A DNA stretch of 59,966 nt, taken from the NCBI GenBank assembly GCA_964014545.1, contig CAXGZX010000003.1, positions 1-59,966 of the forward strand, read 5' to 3'. Shown here one piece after another: positions 35,505-43,760 of the stretch; position 1 is the stretch's first letter, and each line of letters begins with the position of its first letter. The translations under genes and the position numbers were made by a program. Source of the stretch: an uncultured Candidatus Poseidoniales archaeon (lineage in GTDB: Archaea; Thermoplasmatota; Poseidoniia; Poseidoniales; Poseidoniaceae). The notes beneath the pieces were generated by a model. It did no database searches. It was given only the letters and a program-made list of their open reading frames with translations, and was not told the DNA's origin.

Positions 35505-37726
35505 AGCATTGAATGTAATTTTGATTCTAACGCTTTAGCAGCGTTATGACAACCGGCTTCCCTATATCTGGCTATTGATTCCTTCAATGACGACTTTTCG
35601 GAATTTTTACTAATCTGTGAGTTGACTAACCACCATCTAGCACAGTAACGCAAACTAGGACTTGACCTGGGCAATAAGTTTGGTCGGGTTAGTCGGTGAA
35701 ACATCTTTGACGCTGCGTCAAAATTAACTTCAATTATTGATTCGATTAATTTTAATTTTAATGATTGGGACATTAGAATATTATCAATAATTGCACAATT
35801 AGATTGCACTGATTCAACAACAGAGGGAAAATCAATTGTCCCATTATCATACTCGTAAATTCTTAGTTTGCTCTGCATACTGAGATATACTGGATCTCGA
35901 TTATGTTGTATGCTTTCTATCGAATTTAGAATATTTACTGCATTAGACAGGTTATTTTCATCAAGGGCTAAAGTAAATTTAATCATTGAAACCGCGACTA
36001 ATATGATATTTCTATTTGCCAAATCAGAGAAATCTAATCGTGTCAAATAATGATTTACTTTACTCATTAAATTATGTTCTAATTTTTGATTTGGTAATCG
36101 GTCTTCCAAAATTTGAGTCGCCAACGAAATTAGTAATTTATTAGCCTCAAAAGTGGATTGATTGGCAATTAATTGTTCAGCAATGTCCTCGCAATGCTCT
36201 AATCTACCCTCTAATTTGGCGAGGATAAAATCCATCTCCAGTCTTTTATCACCAGATAAAAATTCTACACTTTGCTTCAAATATTCTGCCTCATATCGCT
36301 TTGCTGCTATTTTGCATGCCACATATCTCAATGATTCATTGTTAGAATCTTGCTCTATTAAGTCGTCAACCATAACAGCTAATGCTGCGGAATTAACTTC
36401 CATAATTTGTTCAAGAGAATCTGACATTTGTTCGACAAAAATATCCGGCGCTGATTTTGATAAGTGGTAAAAATAATTAATCAAATTACCGTTTTCTGAG
36501 ATATTTTTCCAATGCCGAGATAGATTAGAATGAATCTCTCTTGTTTCATCGCTAGATAGGTTGCTGCGAGTGACGTTCCTTACAAGATGCTGCAATTCTA
36601 GATCAGATTCGCTGTACCATTTTAACAAACTCTGCATATCGAATTTTTCGATCAAAGGTTCAATAATAGACAAATTAGATTTGACTGGATTAGGCTCTAG
36701 TGACATGTGGTTAAGCAACTTTTTGTCATCCTCATCGAGATTTTTCAATACCACTTTATTGACGTAATCAATGATATCTATGGATGATTCTGGGGACTCA
36801 AAATTGGAGTCATATAACTTCAATGCCAACGGATGGCGGCCTAATTTTTCAGAAACATCTTTTCTTTTAGACAACTCAATATCCTCTCCAAGCATCTCAC
36901 AACAAGATTCCAAATCTAATGAGTCCATTTTTATCTGCTCAAAACCAAAATCAGATTCTATAGTATCGCGTGAAATTAAAATAAATTTCATCTTACTGTG
37001 CTTTGAAATTCCATTCACTAAATCTTGTATTTTCGATTGATGTCTAGGGTCAATGAGGTGGTAATCATCAATTATCAAGACCTCTTCATGGGAGGCAAAA
37101 AACAGTGATATCGATTCAATGTCCTGAGGAATCATTGTCATAAAATTCCACACTGAACAGATTTCCAAATAATCGGTAAATTCGTTAGCTGATGCCCACC
37201 TTACAGTCTTTTTATTGGCGTAATGTGCAGCAATTTTCCTTACAAAAACAGATTTACCAATACCAGGCATGCCAGTAATAATCAAAGAATTTTGACTTAG
37301 AATGTTCAAAGAATGAGAAAGCTCAGTGTTTCGACCATAGATCTCAATCTGTTTGGGTGGATTACCAAATATTGACCTTGTTTTCTTTGGAGTTATATCA
37401 CTCACAATAAGTTGAGCAAGATGGTCTCGCCCTGATTTTGTGATGTGGTAAACCTGTCTTCGTCGTGAACCTCCGCCAATCACGTGGGCCATTCTTTTTA
37501 TGACAAATCCATGTTCCTCGATTGTTGTCATGGGAATATTTAGCGCAGAGCGTACCACACCAATGCCTTCAGCAATTCCAGGAAGCGATATATCACGACT
37601 AACATCCCAAGATTTTTCCATGCTAGATGGATATTGATTCAACCATTTCAGTATTCTTAACTGAGGTTGAGTTAGCATGTTGCTCATTACTGCGAGGTGA
37701 TGTGGGTTATCAATTGAATGTAGCAT
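35501..37726 (-). CDS. STAND-class NTPase: N-terminal winged HTH, NB-ARC-like module, alpha-helical C-terminal region
   Basis: HTH SLPGIAEGIGVVRSAL with wing RQVYHITKSG; Walker A GMPGIGKS; Walker B LIIDD; sensor-1 ILISR; GxP GRHPLAL; QHLVR; start may be ATG 37687. Confidence 0.8.
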   Translation of the reverse strand: MLHSIDNPHHLAVMSNMLTQPQLRILKWLNQYPSSMEKSWDVSRDISLPGIAEGIGVVRSALNIPMTTIEEHGFVIKRMAHVIGGGSRRRQVYHITKSGRDHLAQLIVSDITPKKTRSIFGNPPKQIEIYGRNTELSHSLNILSQNSLIITGMPGIGKSVFVRKIAAHYANKKTVRWASANEFTDYLEICSVWNFMTMIPQDIESISLFFASHEEVLIIDDYHLIDPRHQSKIQDLVNGISKHSKMKFILISRDTIESDFGFEQIKMDSLDLESCCEMLGEDIELSKRKDVSEKLGRHPLALKLYDSNFESPESSIDIIDYVNKVVLKNLDEDDKKLLNHMSLEPNPVKSNLSIIEPLIEKFDMQSLLKWYSESDLELQHLVRNVTRSNLSSDETREIHSNLSRHWKNISENGNLINYFYHLSKSAPDIFVEQMSDSLEQIMEVNSAALAVMVDDLIEQDSNNESLRYVACKIAAKRYEAEYLKQSVEFLSGDKRLEMDFILAKLEGRLEHCEDIAEQLIANQSTFEANKLLISLATQILEDRLPNQKLEHNLMSKVNHYLTRLDFSDLANRNIILVAVSMIKFTLALDENNLSNAVNILNSIESIQHNRDPVYLSMQSKLRIYEYDNGTIDFPSVVESVQSNCAIIDNILMSQSLKLKLIESIIEVNFDAASKMFHRLTRPNLLPRSSPSLRYCARWWLVNSQISKNSEKSSLKESIARYREAGCHNAAKALESKLHSML

Positions 37727-37782
37727 TGTATCTGCTCAAAATAGATGGTTGGCCTTTTGAGGTGGCACCTTGAGGCAAGGCC

Positions 37783-39483
37783 ATGGCGGTGGAATTGTCT
37801 TCAACCTCATTGCCAAAAAAACCCGGAGTATACCTGTTCAAAAACCGTAAAGGTCGCGTGCTATATGTTGGAAAAGCAACTAAATTAAGTGAACGAATTA
37901 GGTCTTACTTTGCCAAAAACCCTGACCGGGCAATGATTCCTGAATTAGTCAAAAAATCTGATGATATTGAGTGCATTGTTACTGCCTCCCCCCATGAAGC
38001 ACTCATCTTGGAACGGCAATTGATTAGAGAGCACAAACCAAGGTATAATTCAATGCTAAAAGATGACAAATCCTTTCCATATCTTGCACTTACAGGTGAT
38101 GATTTACCCAGAATCCTATACTCTAGGAGACCACCAAAAAATGCCGTCATTTGGGGGCCCTTTCCAAATGCTGGAGCAGCAAAGCAGGTGATGAAATTAC
38201 TTAGGCGCCAATTTGGTCTTCGTGATGAAAAGAATAACATCCCATTTGGCTATCTTGATTCTGGTAATGATGATGATTATCGTCAGCGGATTTTGGCAGT
38301 AAAACAAATTCTAAACGGCAATGCTAGTTCACTAATTGAGTCATTAACTCAAAAAATGGACCAATATTCGGAGAATTTAGAATATGAGGTTGCCGCAAGA
38401 CAAAGAGATTTAATCAAAGCAATTCGAACTACTACGAGTCAACATATTGTTTCAAGTAAGGTATATCGTGATTGTGATGCAATAGGATTTGCCAGTGAAG
38501 GTGATTTAGCGGCAGTAGTAGTATTGCATGCTGATGACGGCGTGGTAAAAGGCCAAGAATCTTGGCAAATGATCCACAGGGAGGATATTGGAGAAACCAT
38601 CTCGATGTTTGTTTCAGACCATTATACTAACAGAATTCCTCCCAAATTACTGCTAACTCCAACCCCACTATTCGACGGAGTTGAGGATTGGTTGCAAACC
38701 AGAAGAGATTCAGCGGTCGAGGTAAGAAATCCATCAAGAGGTGATTTGGTAACCTTGATGAAATTAGCATCACAAAATGCCGAAATACAATTGATAAGAT
38801 TTGTCAATAAAACCAGTGGCTCTTTAGAAAAACGGGCAGCTGATGATGGGGCAAAACTACTGGGAATGCAACAAATGAATCACATTGTATGTTTTGATAT
38901 GGCGCAAATTCAAGGAGAACATCGTGTCGGTGCAAGCGTTTGTTTCAAAGACGGCAGGCCACACAAAGAAGAATATCGTAAATATACTGTGAAAGGTGAG
39001 CAACTCGATGATTTACGCATGATGCGAGAAGTTGTCCAGCGTTGGATGAAACATCAAACAGAATGGCCTGATTTATTGTTACTCGATGGTGGCCGGACCC
39101 ATCTAAACATGATTAGCGAAATGATTGAGCAGTCTGAAAATGCCGGCAAATTCGCTGTTGCTGCGCTAGCAAAACGTGAAGAAACTGTATTTAGAAAAGA
39201 CAAGGAGCCGATTATTCTAGATCGACGCGGAAGGGTACTAATTCATGCTCGAGATGAAGCACATCGATTTGTCAACACATTCCACAGAAAGCGCCGTAAA
39301 GCAAGTAAAATGGTCGACCCACTAGAGAAAGTACCCGGATTAGGTGCTAAAAAGTTTCAAACCTTAATACGTCACTTTGGTGGCAGAAAAGAAGTATTAC
39401 ACGCCAGTGAAAAGGATATCAAGACTGTACCTGGTATTGGACCAGCACTAGCAAAGCGAATATTTGAAGCCATCAATGATTAA
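37783..39483 (+). CDS. uvrC: excinuclease ABC subunit C
   Basis: GIY-YIG GVYLF...LYVGKA, PRYNSMLKDDK, UVR motif LEYEVAARQRD, RNaseH-like CFD/PDLLLLDGG/RDEAHRF, tandem HhH. Confidence 0.93.
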   Translation: MAVELSSTSLPKKPGVYLFKNRKGRVLYVGKATKLSERIRSYFAKNPDRAMIPELVKKSDDIECIVTASPHEALILERQLIREHKPRYNSMLKDDKSFPYLALTGDDLPRILYSRRPPKNAVIWGPFPNAGAAKQVMKLLRRQFGLRDEKNNIPFGYLDSGNDDDYRQRILAVKQILNGNASSLIESLTQKMDQYSENLEYEVAARQRDLIKAIRTTTSQHIVSSKVYRDCDAIGFASEGDLAAVVVLHADDGVVKGQESWQMIHREDIGETISMFVSDHYTNRIPPKLLLTPTPLFDGVEDWLQTRRDSAVEVRNPSRGDLVTLMKLASQNAEIQLIRFVNKTSGSLEKRAADDGAKLLGMQQMNHIVCFDMAQIQGEHRVGASVCFKDGRPHKEEYRKYTVKGEQLDDLRMMREVVQRWMKHQTEWPDLLLLDGGRTHLNMISEMIEQSENAGKFAVAALAKREETVFRKDKEPIILDRRGRVLIHARDEAHRFVNTFHRKRRKASKMVDPLEKVPGLGAKKFQTLIRHFGGRKEVLHASEKDIKTVPGIGPALAKRIFEAIND

Positions 39484-42400
39484 TCAAATCGTTTATCGGG
39501 AAGGTCAACCATTGGTGGAGGCCCTTTGTTGGAATAATCCTCAAACTGCTCCATATCACCATGTAATCCTTCACTATGGAATCCTCTTAAATCAGCAAAT
39601 TCACTATCACCAATAGTCACTTTGGTGGCAGTTTGTTGAGTTGAGGCTTTTCTTGCTTTCTTTAGGCGCTTCTTGCGACGACGTCGTCTAATAAATAAGG
39701 CCAATAGAATTACTACAAATGTGGGGTATACCCAAAACTGCATCAGTAAGTAAAGCCATGAAACCTTAATTCTAAAGGAGATAGTATCCTCGAACTCTCC
39801 ATCTGGAATATTATAGGTTATTTTTTGTCGCCCACCCACTTCGGAGATGGTCAGATAACCACCAGTGTCCTCAACATCTTCTATAGTGATTCCACGCGGC
39901 AATATTATTGATACTGGACCGGTAAGAGATAGATTATATTCCTCAGCAATTGAGGTATCTCCACTAAATGAATATGATGCTTTCTCGCCACTTGGGTCAG
40001 GGTATGTTACACCACTACCTGAAACCAATCCATTGGTTAAAGATGAGCCTAATAGTTCAGCTGCTGAGACCATTGGATTTACCACAAGTCCTCTAAAGGC
40101 ATTAGCAAAGAAATTCAACTCCATGCTGCTGGTATTGCCCTCAGCAATTTCTCCTAAATCACCATCTAGCTCAAGTTTAAATTCGACTTCAGGAATCCTG
40201 ACGCTCAGAGTTATCGGTTCATCATCACCAATATCTTGGTCTAGCCCTGTTAAGCCTTCTACCTTAGTCTTGATTTGAAAACCACTTAGGTCTACATCAC
40301 CGAATGGTGAATCTTCTACATCAGGCAATTCTGCGCTACTCTCGTGAATAAATTGAGTAATTATATCACCGATATCCTCGGAAAAATCTGTTAATCCTTC
40401 TGGTGTAAATTGGAATGATAAGTTGGTATCGCACACATCATAACTTTGATCTTCAGAACAAATGCTTCCCACATCATCAAAGGATTTTGGCTGGGCTAGA
40501 CGACTGGCAATGTCAAGGCCAACTCTCACCAAATCAGATGGTGCTGCTTCAAAATTGACTCTCGTTGAGCCGCTTTGATCAATTTCTTCTAATGGAATCA
40601 TGACTCGATAAATGGATACTTCGGCGTCTAAAGCAAAATCAAGAGACACTGACTGAGACCATTCATTTATTCTAAGAGCAGAAATGTCCAACTCAATTTT
40701 GCTGCTTATGCAGGTCCGCTGTAATGTAGTACAGACTACATTCATATCTTCGTCTCTGATTTCCGTCCGCCAGTCGTATGGATCGGTTCCTGCCAAAGAA
40801 ATATCCACATCTTGACTGCCTTCAAGGCTCTTCTGAAGAATTAGCCTGTCTTCGCCATCAATCGTTCTTACCCATGTGGGAAGAATAATCTCCAAAGTCA
40901 ACTCTGCTGGAGGTAAACCCTCTGGTATAACCGAATCTAGATAACTACCTGGTAAGACTGATTCGATAGATAGGCCACTGTTTAACAGGTTTCTCAAGTC
41001 GCTCTCTTGTAAGATTTCAACATACTCAAGTAAATCTCCATCATCAAAGTTATTCTTCAAAATATCGATTAGACTCATGGAAAATGGTTGGCTTGTGGAC
41101 CGTAAGTAAACCGGGTAATCAGCAGCCATAGCTGAGGATCCTTGAACACAGTAATTCCGTTGCTGGCTTTGTGGTTCCTCTGAACAGTCTGTTGAATGAG
41201 TATAATTGAGCCCGCCTGCTACTGGTAGCCCGTCTGTTAATGCGTCAGATACCCAATATAGGTCATTCATAGTAATTGATTCATCACTACCGACTGAATC
41301 AGAAATACCGCTGGCAATATCGTTTATTGGAAATGCTGAAGTCAATTGGTCTAATTCTACCAAACCATTGTGATATGCTAAACGAATTCCATCAGCAGTA
41401 ACCAAAGGTAAAGTTGCTGAATCTGACAAATTTAACAAAGATACTCCCCAATCACTCAATAGGTCATCATCTAAGTATGAAATTCCAGCCACAAAATCAA
41501 TTGTTGCGGCTGATTCATCACGTAAATCTAACTTAACGTTAAGGTCAATCGCTTTGGTTTCTGGTGCAATATTTACCGTGTTAGTTCCTAAAGAGCCGTT
41601 ACGGTGTGCAAGCCTAACTGAAATTGGAGTCTCTGTATCACTAGCGCCTTGAGGAGCATTTAGCATGTCTACAGTCCATTCGCCAGCAAAGTATGCCGGA
41701 TTACCGCTACGAGCGGCTAAAGAACCTCCCGCGCCAACTTGAATGATATCAGCATAACTGGGTGGGGAAAAAGAATAGAATCCAGCGTGACCAGGGAGAG
41801 TTAGTAAAGTGAAATTAGTATTGATTTCTGCACCCATGACTAACATTCCTTGAAAGGCTCTTTCCAAATCTAAATTGCCGGTGGAGACTAAACTAAATGC
41901 GGTGTCTGTAAGTTCAATGGTAAATGTTGAAGATATACAAATAGGCGGATAAAACGCATTATTTTCACTAGCACCCTCACTTGAATAGATGGAGTCTGTC
42001 AATGGGTCATCTGAACAAGGGGTTGTCTCTCCTTGTTGAGTTATTGAACTGGTATAATCAGTAGTTAGACCAACAATATTGCCAAAACCATTTTCTATAG
42101 AAGTGTCAAGTGCATTGTTTAATTCTATTTTCAACTGGTCTCTAACTGTTGGAGTACCCGGCCCGTTTGGGCGTTCATCAAAATAAGTTCTAATCAAATC
42201 AGCCGGCGCACCATCTTCTGGATCTAAGCCGTCAGATGCCAGTGCCGCGTCTAGCCCCGCAACATTGTCTAACCCTAATGCAGAGCGATTAAATTCATGA
42301 ATTGCCCATACCATATCTAACTCGATTGTATCTGTATCGACTAGTTGAAAATCATAGGTGCCATTTATCCAATCTTGTTGACTTGAAGTTAAGTCATGAG

Positions 42401-42590
42401 AGTGGCTATAATCATCGCAGGTCCCCCCATTTGCTTGACAGGTAGACATGCCATCAGCGCTAACAAATGGGACGAATAGATGTATGGTGAGCAGTATAGT
42501 CATCAATAATATGACGCCTTTTGGACGATTATTACTGTGTAAATATGACGCCGCCATGTACCTTCGTAGTACAGTGACATTGAAATTCAT
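39480..42590 (-). CDS. large acidic secreted protein with C-terminal TM anchor and polybasic tail, function unknown
   Basis: signal-like VILLMTILLTIHLFVPFVSA; TM WLYLLMQFWVYPTFVVILLALFI then RRRRRKKRLKKARK; start probably ATG 42557. Confidence 0.8.
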   Translation of the reverse strand: MNFNVTVLRRYMAASYLHSNNRPKGVILLMTILLTIHLFVPFVSADGMSTCQANGGTCDDYSHSHDLTSSQQDWINGTYDFQLVDTDTIELDMVWAIHEFNRSALGLDNVAGLDAALASDGLDPEDGAPADLIRTYFDERPNGPGTPTVRDQLKIELNNALDTSIENGFGNIVGLTTDYTSSITQQGETTPCSDDPLTDSIYSSEGASENNAFYPPICISSTFTIELTDTAFSLVSTGNLDLERAFQGMLVMGAEINTNFTLLTLPGHAGFYSFSPPSYADIIQVGAGGSLAARSGNPAYFAGEWTVDMLNAPQGASDTETPISVRLAHRNGSLGTNTVNIAPETKAIDLNVKLDLRDESAATIDFVAGISYLDDDLLSDWGVSLLNLSDSATLPLVTADGIRLAYHNGLVELDQLTSAFPINDIASGISDSVGSDESITMNDLYWVSDALTDGLPVAGGLNYTHSTDCSEEPQSQQRNYCVQGSSAMAADYPVYLRSTSQPFSMSLIDILKNNFDDGDLLEYVEILQESDLRNLLNSGLSIESVLPGSYLDSVIPEGLPPAELTLEIILPTWVRTIDGEDRLILQKSLEGSQDVDISLAGTDPYDWRTEIRDEDMNVVCTTLQRTCISSKIELDISALRINEWSQSVSLDFALDAEVSIYRVMIPLEEIDQSGSTRVNFEAAPSDLVRVGLDIASRLAQPKSFDDVGSICSEDQSYDVCDTNLSFQFTPEGLTDFSEDIGDIITQFIHESSAELPDVEDSPFGDVDLSGFQIKTKVEGLTGLDQDIGDDEPITLSVRIPEVEFKLELDGDLGEIAEGNTSSMELNFFANAFRGLVVNPMVSAAELLGSSLTNGLVSGSGVTYPDPSGEKASYSFSGDTSIAEEYNLSLTGPVSIILPRGITIEDVEDTGGYLTISEVGGRQKITYNIPDGEFEDTISFRIKVSWLYLLMQFWVYPTFVVILLALFIRRRRRKKRLKKARKASTQQTATKVTIGDSEFADLRGFHSEGLHGDMEQFEDYSNKGPPPMVDLPDKRFD

Positions 42591-42608
42591 TCCCCTTGTG
42601 GTATTATC

Positions 42609-43760
42609 ATGACTGAGGTCGCAAAGCAGATTGATTCCGCGTTAGCAGTCTTAGTCGACAAAGGTGATGCTTCAACTATTCAACAATCTTTGATAGCAAC
42701 AAAATTAATTGATAATAAATTCATCATAACAGAGGTTGATTCGATGATTTTAATCCCAATTTTGCATGATGAGAAGGTCAAAAAGTTGACCTGGTTTGAT
42801 AGCACTAAACACGAAATTACTGAGCTAAATTTACCTCTTAAAAACCAGAAATTTACTCCTGCAGAAGCAATGGTCCAAGATATGACACTGTATCTAGCGC
42901 AACACAATGATTCAGACCTTTCAGGATTAATCGCAAATTTACCTCGGAAATGGGAATTATTTGGAGATTTAGCAATTATTCCTAACTCAACAGTGAATAA
43001 TTCACAATGGCAGGACTTTTTTGGCAGGATTACTCAAGAGCAAGAACAAGAAATATGGCAGATTATCGCTCGATCACTAAGGGTAAATCGCCTTGCTCGG
43101 CAAGAAAAGATTGCTACTGATATGATGCGAACATCCCAAGTCAAAATGTTACTTGGTAGTTCGGGTGAAGTTGAAATAAATGACTTTGGAGTGAAATTCT
43201 GGCTTGATGTAACCAAGGTCATGTTTTCGTCAGGCAACGTTACTGAACGTCATAGAATCGGCGACATTGACATGTCGGGGGAAATTATCGTTGATGCATT
43301 TGCTGGAATTGGTTACTACAGCCTACCAATGCTAGTGAGAAGTAATGCTGAGCATGTCTATGCCTGTGAGATTAATCCAAACTCAATTCAAGCATTACAA
43401 AATGGTGCTAAATTGAATAATGTAAGTAACCGACTAACTATCCTTGAGGGTGATAATTTATCTACAATGAAGCAGGTATATTCAAAGGCAGATAGAGTTC
43501 ACTTGGGCATTTTACCTTCATCAGAAAAGGCTTGGCAATCGGCGATTAACTGCTTGAAATCCAATGGCGGCATGTTACACATCCACATGAATGTTGAAGA
43601 AGAGAAAATCGACGATTTTGTATCATACTGCATTGATAGTATTACTAAATTGGCAAAACAACTTGGGCGTGAAGGAATCGTTTCTGCCAAGCATGTCGAG
43701 AAAGTAAAATGGTATGCGCCAAGAATACGACATATTGTAATTGACATTTCTGTTAAATGA
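42609..43760 (+). CDS. taw2: tRNA(Phe) wyosine-pathway SAM-dependent transferase, Taw2/TYW2 (Trm5/Met-10 family)
   Basis: LPRKWELFGDL, KVMFSSGNVTERHRI, IVDAFAGIGYYSL, ACEINP, ADRVHLG, VKWYAP. Confidence 0.75.
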   Translation: MTEVAKQIDSALAVLVDKGDASTIQQSLIATKLIDNKFIITEVDSMILIPILHDEKVKKLTWFDSTKHEITELNLPLKNQKFTPAEAMVQDMTLYLAQHNDSDLSGLIANLPRKWELFGDLAIIPNSTVNNSQWQDFFGRITQEQEQEIWQIIARSLRVNRLARQEKIATDMMRTSQVKMLLGSSGEVEINDFGVKFWLDVTKVMFSSGNVTERHRIGDIDMSGEIIVDAFAGIGYYSLPMLVRSNAEHVYACEINPNSIQALQNGAKLNNVSNRLTILEGDNLSTMKQVYSKADRVHLGILPSSEKAWQSAINCLKSNGGMLHIHMNVEEEKIDDFVSYCIDSITKLAKQLGREGIVSAKHVEKVKWYAPRIRHIVIDISVK

